DNA of 64,000 nt from Terracidiphilus sp. (GCA_036489815.1 DASXFB010000107.1:60073-124072), one strand, 5' to 3'; positions 33,179 to 43,054 are shown, counted from the stretch's first letter. Translations and numbers: made by a program. Notes: generated by a model not told the origin, from the letters alone.

Positions 33179-33973
33179 CTATTTCTTGATTCGCCGCGTC
33201 GCCGCGTCCACATCCCAGAAATCCGGAGGCAGCGATTGGTTATAACTCACCTTCGTCACGTAATACTGCCGCACCTGATCGTCGTTCTTGAAACGCGAGA
33301 TGGTAAACGGAGTCGGGAATCCGTCCACGTCGTGATAATCGTCGTATTCCTCGGCGTCGCTATTCTTGTCTTTGTACTCCGGATCGCGCCACTCAAAGAC
33401 ACGCCGCAGCGGCAGGTGCGTCTGGGCGTCCATCAGGATGGTCACCGATTCGTTCTCCGGCGAGATGAGCGTCACCTGGTCGGCGAGATGCCGTTCCGCC
33501 AAGTGCTGCCCCTCGAAAACCAGAATCGTGTTGGGCTCCTTCATCCATACCTTCACGGCGGTCTCGATCGAGTGGTCGCGCCGGCGCAGATAATCGTCGA
33601 GCAGGTCCTTGTCCATCGCCTTCTTGCCGCGGTACGTGACCTCCCAGCCCTGGCGCCCGATGAAAAATTCCACTACATCACGATGCTTGGTGACCTCAAT
33701 CCGGTCGTGGTCGGGCCACTCGTGATACTCGAAGGTCTCCGTTGTGCCCAGGTCGGGAGCGCCGTGGAAAAATGCGGCCACATGGCCTTCCATCATCTTG
33801 TTTTTCTGGTTCAGCCAGGCATCGCCGCCGAGCGCTTTCACCATTGCGTCCAGCGCCGCCCGCGCCTGCTGCGCGTTCTTCGCTGCCGCATCGTCGACTG
33901 TCTGCGTCCGCATCGCCACCGGCGCCGCCAGCATCGTCACTGCCACCACCGCCGGCCAGAACATCCGCATCAA
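33179..33973 (-). CDS. exported hypothetical protein (possible LolA-like beta fold)
   Basis: Signal peptide, GGGAGG RBS, codon usage like its neighbours; 'YDDYHDVDGFPTPF..N.SLP.DF' tail resembles lipoprotein-sorting-like proteins. Confidence 0.75.
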   Translation of the reverse strand: MMRMFWPAVVAVTMLAAPVAMRTQTVDDAAAKNAQQARAALDAMVKALGGDAWLNQKNKMMEGHVAAFFHGAPDLGTTETFEYHEWPDHDRIEVTKHRDVVEFFIGRQGWEVTYRGKKAMDKDLLDDYLRRRDHSIETAVKVWMKEPNTILVFEGQHLAERHLADQVTLISPENESVTILMDAQTHLPLRRVFEWRDPEYKDKNSDAEEYDDYHDVDGFPTPFTISRFKNDDQVRQYYVTKVSYNQSLPPDFWDVDAATRRIKK

Positions 33974-34334
33974 TTCTTTCCTCCCGCATTGCCCGTAATA
34001 TATCGGGAATTGCCGTGTATCCGGGCCGCGTTAGTCTAGTCTCCAACCGCGTGGTTTGGTATGTTGCGAAGAATAACAGGACCCGGCAATCTCTCGCGGA
34101 GTCGCCGCGCACGCCACCGGAATCCCGGCCCTGATCGTCACTCCCCGTTCCGGATCGCCCAGCGCGCCGGCTGACTTGTCGCGAATTACCCATCCCGGCG
34201 CCACACAATTTACCGGTTGCCCTTCGACGCCGGTTCCGATGACAGGCTCCTGGTGAGACTGATCAGCGCCCCTTTGGTCACGGCATAGTCCGGGGGCTAG
34301 GCCCCGCCCCGTCGCGCGGCGGTCGAGCCTCTGA

Positions 34335-34526
34335 TCATATTGCGCGCAACACTCTCACCGGCAGAAAGATAATCGCACTTACCAGTTCCAGCGCCCCGCC
34401 GACGGCAATCCCCACCATGCGAAACGGCAACAGCACCAGCCAAACCAGCGGATACAGAACCAGCGCCACCAGCGCCAGCGGCCAACACAGTACCAGCAAA
34501 ATGCACCACAGTAGAAACTTAACCAT
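34335..34526 (-). CDS. small hydrophobic membrane protein
   Basis: 63 aa, almost entirely hydrophobic; GAGG RBS upstream of the ATG. Confidence 0.7.
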   Translation of the reverse strand: MVKFLLWCILLVLCWPLALVALVLYPLVWLVLLPFRMVGIAVGGALELVSAIIFLPVRVLRAI

Positions 34527-34730
34527 AACGTCAGCGCCTCGTGGACTCACCCCACCCTTATCCTACGAAACACCTCCAGAACCAGTTCCCCGCAAGCTCG
34601 CCGTTGTGTTCCTCGCGTGGTGGAACGCTCCCATGGAGGGGACACGGATGCGAGCCTCCGCGGCGAACAATGTCCGGAATAGACAACTCCGGGCCTTCTT
34701 TGTGGGTCTATACTCTTCGAGGGAGATGAC

Positions 34731-35189
34731 ATGTCCAAATTTAAGGTTCTCGCTTTTGCGGTACTAAGCATCTCGCTGTTTTGGTGTGCACCTGCAGTGC
34801 CGGCGCAGATCTCCGTCGGTATCGGCGTGGGCGGTCCGCCTGTCTGCCCTTACGGCTACTTCGACTACCCTCCCTACGACTGTGCTCCTTACGGCTACTA
34901 TGGACCGGATTGGTTCACAAGCGGCATATTCATTGGAGCCGGTCCCTGGTTCCACGGCCGGCGCGGCTTTTACGGCCATGTCGACAACCGCTATGACCCC
35001 CACTATGGTTATCACGGACCGCTGCCGGAGCGCGGAGCGGTGCCGTTCGACCATTTTCGCGGCAACGAAGCCCGCGACGGGCGGGGGCACATAGGCAATG
35101 CACCCCATGATGCGCACAACGAACATGCCCTGCCTGGTTATCACGGCGGCGGTGGCCATGGCGGCGGTCACGGTGGCGGGCACCACTAA
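34731..35189 (+). CDS. exported Gly/Tyr/Pro/His-rich hypothetical protein
   Basis: GAGGGAG RBS, signal peptide, PPVCPYGY..CAPYGYYGPDWF core, GGGH tail, terminator follows. Confidence 0.8.
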   Translation: MSKFKVLAFAVLSISLFWCAPAVPAQISVGIGVGGPPVCPYGYFDYPPYDCAPYGYYGPDWFTSGIFIGAGPWFHGRRGFYGHVDNRYDPHYGYHGPLPERGAVPFDHFRGNEARDGRGHIGNAPHDAHNEHALPGYHGGGGHGGGHGGGHH

Positions 35190-35226
35190 CGGCCTTCCGT
35201 CCGACTGAATTTCGGGCTGAAACAGC

Positions 35227-35260
35227 AAAGCGGCGGTTCCCTCAGAGAAATCGCCGCTTT
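35227..35260. terminator. bidirectional hairpin/terminator
   Basis: AAAGCGGCG..CGCCGCTTT between convergent genes. Confidence 0.6.
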
Positions 35261-35292
35261 GCGCCATCTACCGCATCATTCCTTTCCGACCG

Positions 35293-35736
35293 TCAGTTTT
35301 TCCGCTTACCTTTGGCCCGCGCCGTCCCCGATGTCTTCCGCTCTCCGATCGCTTTCGCCCGCTCCTTCTCCGGCATGGCCAGCAGCGTCTTGGTCCGCGG
35401 CGGAAGTTTGTCGTAGATGAGCGCATGCGCGCGGTTGAGTTCGTCTTCGATCTCCCGCGGCCGCAGCGCATTCCACCGCTCCAGCGTCACCCAATACGCC
35501 CTCGCCAGGTGAGGCGACGGGATCATCCCGTCTGTCTCCAGCAGCTCGTGAAACCGCTCTGCGCCGCAGTGAAACCAGAGAACTCCGGTTCCTGTCCCGT
35601 CGAGATCCGTCATCGCAAACATCTTGCCGCCGATGTCGCGGTCGCCCACCCAGTACACCAGGTGATGGCCCCAGTTCACCGTCTCAGCAACATGCGGCAT
35701 CGCCATGCAGATAGCGCGAATGCGTTCATTGTCCAT
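35293..35736 (-). CDS. MmcQ/YjbR family DNA-binding protein
   Basis: MPHVAETVNWG, GGKMFA, PSPHLARAYWV; start overlaps the end of the deaminase gene. Confidence 0.85.
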   Translation of the reverse strand: MDNERIRAICMAMPHVAETVNWGHHLVYWVGDRDIGGKMFAMTDLDGTGTGVLWFHCGAERFHELLETDGMIPSPHLARAYWVTLERWNALRPREIEDELNRAHALIYDKLPPRTKTLLAMPEKERAKAIGERKTSGTARAKGKRKN

Positions 35737-37366
35737 GCAACACCCCTTCGTAGCCAGGCCCCTGGAGTTTGGCTTCGAAGACATGGAACCGCCGCTCCAG
35801 CTCCCATTGCGCCGCCGCCTTCTGGCTCCCGTTCAGGAACGCCTTGCATGCAGCCGCGGGCTGATCGGCCCCGAGATCTTGCCCGAGGCATGCATTCACA
35901 GCCGCTCCGAAACCATCTGGCTTGGCCCACAGGCTGGCGCCGGGCAGAAAGCTATGTTCCATGCCGGTGCGCGCCAATTGCTTCAAGTCGCGGTAGCTCA
36001 GGCCGTAGTCGATGGCGGCGCGCACGTACTCATGCGTAAGGTCGATGCGGCTCACGCCTTCGTCGTCGGTTGAGAGCGCCACCGGCACATGCGCCGCGCG
36101 GTAGATCGGGAACGGGTGCTCGTCGCCCGTTACGCCGAGAATTCCCTCGTTCGAGCTCAGGTTGATCTCGATCATCACATGCTTTTGCGCCAGCTCCTTG
36201 AGCAGCTCCCGCGCATTGTCTTCGTACATCACATCCACGCCATGGCCGATCCGCTCGGCATGCCCCAGCTCCACGGCCTGGCGGATATGGAAGCGCAATC
36301 CCTCCGGGGGAACGAGCCCCTCGGTCAGCTCGCCAGCGTGGAGTGAAATATGCACTCGCGGGTATACCGAGTGCAGATAATCCAGCATCTTCATCTGCAG
36401 CGTGTAGTCGCGCATAGAAATCATTCCGTCTTCCGGCATCACGAAGTTGATGCCCACCCACGTATTCTCCTTGGCGTCCATGCTCGCCTGCACTGTTTCG
36501 AAGCCCAGCAGCGTCTGCGCGAATACCTGCGCCGGCGGATTGCCGCGTAGCACCTGGTAGATGTAGCGGATCTCCTCACCGCAGGCCGCCGCGGCCTGGG
36601 GCGTCCCGCAGTGCTCCAGTTCCTTGCGCCGGGCCTCGGCTGTACGCACGTCATCCCGGTCTGCGGCCAGCTCATTGCGCAGCCCCCGGTCGAGCAGTTC
36701 CTGCCGCAGGCGGGCAAACGCCTCCGGGTCCGCCTGGGCCAGCTCCGCGTTCCAGCCAATGGCATCGGCAATCTGCTTCGCATGATTGAACATGGGCGTC
36801 TCCATCAGCTCGAGATATTGCTGGTTTTCGGCTGCGGCGCGGCTGGCAATCTCGTCCACCCACTCGCCCTCGTGGTCCCAGTTCAAGCCGCTGAATTTGC
36901 CGAAGGTGGCAAAGAACTGGTCGTGCCCGCTCCACTCGGCGTAAGGCACAAAGCTGCGCAGCGAAAACGAGTCAATCAGCTTGTCGTAGAGCGCCTGATT
37001 CGCCGCGCTGATGTCGCCGGAGAGATCCTTTGCCGGAATCAGCTTGCCCCGGCAGGGCGGCTTCGCCAAGCTGAGCGCCGACGGGTCCACACACAGTCCA
37101 TCCTCGCCCGCATCGCGGATGAAGGTCTCCGCATAGACGGCGCCCGAAAGATGCACATGCAGGTCTGCTCCCTTGGGAAAATCGGCGAGAAAGGCGCGCA
37201 CCGCCTCAGGGCCCCGGCGCAGGCTTGCCTCATAGAGCTGCGAAGCGCGCACCTCGGCTCGCGTGGGCGCCGGCTGCGTTTGAGACGGATGGGCACAGCC
37301 CCCGACGACAGCAAGAGCGAGAGAGGCAAGCAGAGGCCAGGCCGGGAAAAGGAACCGTTTGCGCAT
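35726..37366 (-). CDS. adenosine deaminase family lipoprotein
   Basis: PKGADLHVHLSG, SLHAGE, RIGHG, STDDEG metal-binding motifs; lipobox VGGC. Confidence 0.9.
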   Translation of the reverse strand: MRKRFLFPAWPLLASLALAVVGGCAHPSQTQPAPTRAEVRASQLYEASLRRGPEAVRAFLADFPKGADLHVHLSGAVYAETFIRDAGEDGLCVDPSALSLAKPPCRGKLIPAKDLSGDISAANQALYDKLIDSFSLRSFVPYAEWSGHDQFFATFGKFSGLNWDHEGEWVDEIASRAAAENQQYLELMETPMFNHAKQIADAIGWNAELAQADPEAFARLRQELLDRGLRNELAADRDDVRTAEARRKELEHCGTPQAAAACGEEIRYIYQVLRGNPPAQVFAQTLLGFETVQASMDAKENTWVGINFVMPEDGMISMRDYTLQMKMLDYLHSVYPRVHISLHAGELTEGLVPPEGLRFHIRQAVELGHAERIGHGVDVMYEDNARELLKELAQKHVMIEINLSSNEGILGVTGDEHPFPIYRAAHVPVALSTDDEGVSRIDLTHEYVRAAIDYGLSYRDLKQLARTGMEHSFLPGASLWAKPDGFGAAVNACLGQDLGADQPAAACKAFLNGSQKAAAQWELERRFHVFEAKLQGPGYEGVLHGQ

Positions 37367-37667
37367 GATTGTTTAACAGTGTAGTGCACGGCCGAACTCA
37401 CGGGGCGGCGCGCCTCGCGGGTCATCCGATCGCCGCCAAAGGGCGGGACCACTTCCAGTCCAGGCCCCATTCTCCAAGCCCCGCGACGCGGACACGGGTT
37501 TCATCGAGGCGGCGGGGTTGATCCCGCCTGATCCGGCTTGGCCGCGTTCCCGGCGAGTTGGTATAATGGTCGAGTTGTTGCAGCGCACTGTTCGTGGATC
37601 AGACCCGCCCAACCGGCTCCGCCGGAACTCCGCGCAGGAATTTGCAACTCGTTAAAGTCTGCACTGA

Positions 37668-37742
37668 GGCCAGGTAGCTCAGTGGTAGAGCGCGGCCCTG
37701 AAAAGGCCGGCGTCGGCGGTTCAATCCCGTCCCTGGCCACCA
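37668..37742 (+). tRNA. tRNA-Phe (GAA)
   Basis: Cloverleaf: GGCCAGG/CCTGGCC acceptor stem, CGGCC-CTGAAAA-GGCCG anticodon arm, GGTTCAATCC T-loop, encoded CCA. Confidence 0.97.
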
Positions 37743-37811
37743 CATTCTCTGACATCCCCATGAATCTTCAGCCGCGCTCAGGTTTCCTGCGCGCAGCGCA
37801 GCCATGTGGTC

Positions 37812-37863
37812 CGCGGCCCCTCGAAAGGCCGGCGTCGGCGGTTCAATCCCGTCCTTGGCCACC
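37812..37863 (+). repeat. degenerate direct repeat of the tRNA-Phe 3' two-thirds (att-like / pseudo-tRNA)
   Basis: CGCGGCCCCTCGAAAGGCCGGCGTCGGCGGTTCAATCCCGTCCTTGGCCACC versus tRNA 37691-37741. Confidence 0.9.
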
Positions 37864-38126
37864 GCATTCCAAAACACGAATCCATCCAATTAAGTCAGGG
37901 GCACACCACGGAAACATTTTGGGCTGGTGATGTATCCGTCTTTCTCAGGTTGCCTTCGATGGTTCAGAGGCGAGGGGGACGATGGTCCGCTTCCCGATCT
38001 TGTCGATTGTGGTACGGACCCGCAGGCAAGTCCGGGCAGCGGGTTCACGGCACGAACTCTCACTTTGCCGGACAGTGGCTTCGAACCTCAGGCGGACCGA
38101 TAACCAGAAGGGCCGCCCATGCTGTT

Positions 38127-38351
38127 CTAGAGCGCCGGTAGGTCTTTTTCGCTAGATACGGAGTAGATGCGAACGAAGAGGCGATGAATCGAATGCAGGG
38201 CTTCTTCGTTGAAAATCGCAGGAAGTTTGATCGGAGACTGGAGTCTCTCGTCCTGCATCATCTCGAACCGATCGAAGAGTGCTTCTGGATCTTGGGTTGT
38301 GATTGAATCTTTTGAACCCACAAGCCTCAGCTTCGTTTTTACATAACGCAT
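38127..38351 (-). CDS. small hypothetical protein (74 aa)
   Basis: GGAGG RBS upstream of the ATG; lies in an AT-richer tract; no family recognised. Confidence 0.5.
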   Translation of the reverse strand: MRYVKTKLRLVGSKDSITTQDPEALFDRFEMMQDERLQSPIKLPAIFNEEALHSIHRLFVRIYSVSSEKDLPAL

Positions 38352-38769
38352 AATTTCGACCCTCCGCTGTTTCGAGATCTAATTGAAATCACTTTAATAG
38401 AATTCCGGCGTAACTTACGCGCGATGCGCGTTTAGACGCGTTACGTCTGAGGATTACCTGGTGCTCGGTGTAGAATCGGTCGCCCGGATGGTAATCGCTC
38501 ACGGGTGACTTTCATCACATTTGAATCGAGCAAGCCGATTTTTCAACACCTGAATCGCGCTAGCACAATCTGATTCCGCACTGCATGGATTACCGACATC
38601 GCTGTTCGCATGTCAGATCCCGTGATCTGCGGACAGCGGGACTCGGCTTCTCCGGTTTGATGCGCCCGCAGCCCCGCCCGTTGTGAAGCTGTTTCGCGGG
38701 ACCTGGATTGTGACGATCTCGATCGTGAGGTTCCGGATCGTGAGGATCAGATCGTCGCCGGTCGCGGGA

Positions 38770-40014
38770 TCAGGAACGAAACAGGTTCATTTGGGCAGAC
38801 AGGGCCTGGTTTCCTGTTGACCGTTTCCCGTCGAAGACGGTGCGCCCGTTGAGCGTGGGAGAGATCGCGCGCTCGTGCCGCAACGCTCGATCCAAATCGG
38901 CGAGCGGCTGGCGATTTTCCTCGACGGCGCGGGTCAGCCGATCCAGGCGCCGGAGGCCCTCGAGCTTTTCGGTATAGCCGAGGCGCGCGGCTTCAAGAGA
39001 CCGCCGCAGGATGGCCAGCGATTCGTCGTAGGTCTTGAGCGGCACGGGGAAGGGATGGCCATCCTTGCCGCCATGCGCGAAGGAGAAGCGCGCCGGATCG
39101 GCAAAACGAGTTGGCGCGCCGTGCACCACCTCCGCAATCAGCGCGAGAGACTGGAGCGTTCGGGGGCCGAGGCCCTCCACGAGCAGCAGCGAGGCAAAGT
39201 CGCGGAGGTCCTGCTCATGCGCCACCGCGAGCACCGCGCCCAGCCGCTTCAGGTCAATATCCTTGGCGCGTACATCGTGAAGCGCTGGCATAACGAGCGT
39301 GCGATCCTGCTTTTCCCTGAGCCTGCCCGCTTCGCGAAGAGCCTGCTCCGCCGGTTCCTTCGCAAGCGTGAGCAGCGCATTTTGCGCCTTGTCCGCGCGC
39401 GCGTCCACCAGGTTGATAATCTCTCCCTGCGGCTCGCCCACAATCGCGGTGTGCGGATTGGAGACGAAGTCCCGCACGGCTGCCGAGTGCCAGTGGTAGC
39501 GGCGCGCCAGGCGGCTCTCGGGATTCATCCCCTGTTGCACAACAGCCCATTCGCCGGCCCTGGTGATCACGAACGAGTGCAGGTAGAGTTGAAAGCCATC
39601 GGCAACGGCGTTGTTGTCCACCCGCGCGGTCAGCCGGCTGGTGCGCGCCAGGGCATTGCCATCGAGTCCGATCTTCGATGCGACCGCGCGCAGTTCATCG
39701 GGAGTGCGCAGCGAATGCCGCCCGCGCCCGCCGCAAATCATGATGCCGAGATCGGCAAAGCGTGGATTGACGCCGCGTTTCAGGGCTCCCAGCACAGAGG
39801 TCGTGATGCCCGAGGAATGCCAGTCCATGCCCATCACGGCTCCACAGGCCTGGAACCAGAATGGATCGCTCAGACGCGTCAGGAACTCCGACGGACCGTA
39901 CTGCAGCACGATCTGCTCGGTGATCGCGGTGCCGAGCTCCGTCATCCGGCTCGCCAGCCAGGCCGGCACGCGCCCGTTGTGGAGGGGAAGATCGGCGGTG
40001 CCAGAGCGCTTCAT
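38770..40014 (-). CDS. DUF763 domain-containing protein
   Basis: MKRSGTADLPLHNGRVPAWL, GMDWHSSGITT, FAHGGKDGHPFPV. Confidence 0.9.
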   Translation of the reverse strand: MKRSGTADLPLHNGRVPAWLASRMTELGTAITEQIVLQYGPSEFLTRLSDPFWFQACGAVMGMDWHSSGITTSVLGALKRGVNPRFADLGIMICGGRGRHSLRTPDELRAVASKIGLDGNALARTSRLTARVDNNAVADGFQLYLHSFVITRAGEWAVVQQGMNPESRLARRYHWHSAAVRDFVSNPHTAIVGEPQGEIINLVDARADKAQNALLTLAKEPAEQALREAGRLREKQDRTLVMPALHDVRAKDIDLKRLGAVLAVAHEQDLRDFASLLLVEGLGPRTLQSLALIAEVVHGAPTRFADPARFSFAHGGKDGHPFPVPLKTYDESLAILRRSLEAARLGYTEKLEGLRRLDRLTRAVEENRQPLADLDRALRHERAISPTLNGRTVFDGKRSTGNQALSAQMNLFRS

Positions 40015-40131
40015 GGATAGAAAAGGTGATAGAAAAAGTCTTAAGCAGAAAAACTTTTGCTTCTCTCTATTTTCGCTCTTTCTTTGCTTTGGATCAACCT
40101 GCACAGAGTGGGGTAAGGATTCGATTGCGCT

Positions 40132-41796
40132 CTACTTGCCGCCGAGAATGCCCTTCGCCAGCCCCGACAATCCGCCTTGGACGCTCTGGCCGCCTTTGCT
40201 CTTGCCGAGCAGCCCGCCCGTCTGCTGCTTCACCATCGCACCCACGTTGGCCCGGATGGAGGGGCTCGACGTGGTGCCGGTGATGGTCAGCGGGATGCCA
40301 TTGGTCGCCGCGGTGTTCAAAAAGCTTCCTGCGATGCCGCCCACGGAACTGAGGGCGCTGGTCACCGCTCCACCTACGCTGCCGGTAGAACTCAGCTTCG
40401 CCACGAGCTGGAAGTTCAGCGCCCCTGAGGCTGAAACCGTCCCGCTGCCGGTGGCTGTTCCCAGGCTCGGCACGTCGCCCTCAATATTGCTGAGCTGAGT
40501 CGATTGCGGCGTGGAGATCACGTTGGTCCGGAGGGTGCGAATCGCCGTCGCGCCGCCTGGGTTTTTCACCGCCGCCAGGGAGGCCAACCCTTCAATCCTC
40601 GAACCGATGTCGAAGCCGGCCAATTGGGTGTTGTCGATCTCGATCGGCCCGGCAATCTGGGGCGCCGCTACCTGACCGGTGATGGCAAGGTTCGCCGTCA
40701 GCGTGCCTCCGTGCAGAGAAGAACCGGGAGGCAGCTTGATGCCGACCGAAGGCAGCAACTGTTCCAGGCCGTCGACAGGCAAACCGGGAGCCGAGAGGCG
40801 AAGGTTCAGCAGAATCGTCTGGCCGGTCATCTGGTACGTGCCCGTGAGATGCGCCGCCACTGAACCGGTATGGATGGCGACATCGGTGACCTGGCCCGCG
40901 CGGGTGCCCAGGTTGTCGGTCAATGCGAGATCCACCTCCACCGGCTGGGGAGCCGGCGATCCGTCGGCTGCGAGCTGGAGCTGTGCCGCCTCCATCTTGC
41001 CGGTCATCGTGAGTGTCTTGCCGTCCGAAGCGAGCTGCGCGTTGACGTCGGCGACCATCGAGACACCTTCGCCGGGAGTAACGACTCCGGCAGCCACGGG
41101 ATTGAAATGCTTCACTTCGATCGACGCCTGCAGCGGCGTATCGGCGGCATTTGGCTGCGCAAGGGGCCCGGCGGTCCCGCTTACCTGCAACGAGCCGTTT
41201 TCCGGCAGATCGGCCGTCAGCTTAAAGGGCATTCGCGCGCCGGGAGAGAGGTGCTCCACCGTCAGGTCCACCTGGGTGCAGGCGAGCGGCCTGCCGGACG
41301 AGGGCAACGCCGAAACATCCACGCTGCCGTTTTCGATCTTGAGCACGCCGATGCTCAGATCCGGTACGTTCGTCCCTTGCGGACTGGGGTGGGGATCGGC
41401 GCCGCGGCCAAGGCTTGAATAATTCCATGTGCCGTTCGGTCCTGGTATCAGATGGATCTGCGGCGAATCGGCCGTAAACCGCGTGACGCGCACCTGCTGC
41501 CGGAACAGCAGCGCGCCCATAGCCACGCCGATGTGCAGCGACTTCGCCTGAAAAAACGGAGCCGTGCCGAAGGCCGGATCGTCGGCGATAGCAACGTCCT
41601 CCGCTACCAGACTTCCGGAGAAGAGTGAGAGGCTCAGGTGTCCCAGCGTCACTCTGCGCCCAAGGGCGCTCGAAAGTTCGTTTTCCACTGTCGGCCGGAA
41701 GGTATCGGCGTTGACGAAGAACGGGATCGCGATCAGGAGGATCAGCACCAGAGCCGCAGCCGCGGCCATGATCCGCACCCAGCGCATTTGCAGCAT
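40132..41796 (-). CDS. AsmA family protein
   Basis: N-terminal TM then NADTFRPTVENELSSALGRRVTLG; beta-rich body; IPLTITGTTSSP near the C-terminus. Confidence 0.85.
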   Translation of the reverse strand: MLQMRWVRIMAAAAALVLILLIAIPFFVNADTFRPTVENELSSALGRRVTLGHLSLSLFSGSLVAEDVAIADDPAFGTAPFFQAKSLHIGVAMGALLFRQQVRVTRFTADSPQIHLIPGPNGTWNYSSLGRGADPHPSPQGTNVPDLSIGVLKIENGSVDVSALPSSGRPLACTQVDLTVEHLSPGARMPFKLTADLPENGSLQVSGTAGPLAQPNAADTPLQASIEVKHFNPVAAGVVTPGEGVSMVADVNAQLASDGKTLTMTGKMEAAQLQLAADGSPAPQPVEVDLALTDNLGTRAGQVTDVAIHTGSVAAHLTGTYQMTGQTILLNLRLSAPGLPVDGLEQLLPSVGIKLPPGSSLHGGTLTANLAITGQVAAPQIAGPIEIDNTQLAGFDIGSRIEGLASLAAVKNPGGATAIRTLRTNVISTPQSTQLSNIEGDVPSLGTATGSGTVSASGALNFQLVAKLSSTGSVGGAVTSALSSVGGIAGSFLNTAATNGIPLTITGTTSSPSIRANVGAMVKQQTGGLLGKSKGGQSVQGGLSGLAKGILGGK

Positions 41797-42069
41797 CTCG
41801 CGCGATCGGGAACGCCAATGTTCCAAATTGGCCCGGTTTGCCTGCATACACTGCCTCCCATCTGCCAACGCTCAGTATGATGCGTTTCCCCTCGCCGCAC
41901 CGACTCCGGCGTCCGGAATCCGCGGAATTTTCGGCAAACCGGCGTGCGCGCTCCGCCAGGCTTCCGTTCCAGCCCGTTGAGCCGCCGGCCGGACTCCAGC
42001 GCGGCGAATTTTGTCGGCAGAGAGCCCCGCAGGTTAATGTAAATGCAAGAAAGGGAGCGCGGTCACACG

Positions 42070-43026
42070 ATGAGCAATGAGCCGCTGGTGCTGGTGCTGG
42101 CTGAGGAGGATGATCCACAACTCGCCCTGTTGAAGGAGATCCCGCATGTGACCGGCCAGAGTGCCGGCGACTTCGCGGGCAAAACCGAGAAAGCGGCCGT
42201 CATTCTCCATTGGTCTGGTTCGCGCGATCTGCTGCGCACGGTTTTTCTGGCCAGCCCGCATGTGCGGTGGGTCCATTCGCGCGCAGCCGGCATTGAGAAG
42301 CTGCTCTTTCCGCAATTGATCGAGAGCGATGTGCCCCTCACCAACGGCAGCGGCGTCTTCAGCCCTTCGCTGGGGGAGTTTGCCCTGGCCGCGATCCTCT
42401 TTTTCTCAAAGGACCTGCTTCGCATGCTGCGCAATCAGCGGGCCGGCCGCTGGGAGCAGTTTGACGTCGAGGAGATCGCCGGCTCTACCGCGGGCATCGT
42501 CGGCTATGGAGACATCGGCCGCGCCGTCGCCAGCCGTATTCATGCTATGGGCATGAAGGTGCTTGCGCTCAAGCGCCACCCGCCGGCTTTGGCCGATCCG
42601 CTGGTTGCGGCGTTTTTCAAGCCCGAAAAGCTCAGAGAGATGCTCGCCCAGTGCGACTACATCGTGGTCTCTGCGCCGCTCACGTCCGAGACCCGTCACA
42701 TGCTCTCAGAGGGTGAGTTCGCCGCCATGAAGACCAGCGCTGTGGTCATCAACGTCGGCCGCGGCCCCGTGATTGACCAGGCGGCGCTGGTGCGCGCACT
42801 CACCGAAAAGAAGATTCGCGGCGCGGGCCTCGACGTCTTCGAGCAGGAGCCCATCCCGACGGACGACCCCATCTGGAAGCTCGACAACGTGCTCATCTCC
42901 CCGCACTGCGCCGACCACACCAAAGACTGGCTCAACGACGCGATGCGCTTCTTCCTGCGCCAGTACGAGCGTTTCCGCAACGGCCAGCCGTTGGAGAACG
43001 TCGTAGAGAAGCACCTGGGTTACTAA
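42070..43026 (+). CDS. D-2-hydroxyacid dehydrogenase
   Basis: GIVGYGDIG, INVGRGPVID, GAGLDVFEQEP, ISPH. Confidence 0.93.
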   Translation: MSNEPLVLVLAEEDDPQLALLKEIPHVTGQSAGDFAGKTEKAAVILHWSGSRDLLRTVFLASPHVRWVHSRAAGIEKLLFPQLIESDVPLTNGSGVFSPSLGEFALAAILFFSKDLLRMLRNQRAGRWEQFDVEEIAGSTAGIVGYGDIGRAVASRIHAMGMKVLALKRHPPALADPLVAAFFKPEKLREMLAQCDYIVVSAPLTSETRHMLSEGEFAAMKTSAVVINVGRGPVIDQAALVRALTEKKIRGAGLDVFEQEPIPTDDPIWKLDNVLISPHCADHTKDWLNDAMRFFLRQYERFRNGQPLENVVEKHLGY

Positions 43027-43054
43027 AACTGGTGGGTAGCCCAAGTGGTGTGGT

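Noticed and set aside
37812-37863. Functional frameshift-suppressor tRNA with an 8-nt anticodon loop
   Set aside because: No complementary 5' acceptor strand, no proper D arm and no CCA
38610-38772. Cluster of GATC sites suggesting a replication origin
   Set aside because: No DnaA boxes, AT-rich unwinding element or dnaA/rep gene; GATC is common throughout this sequence
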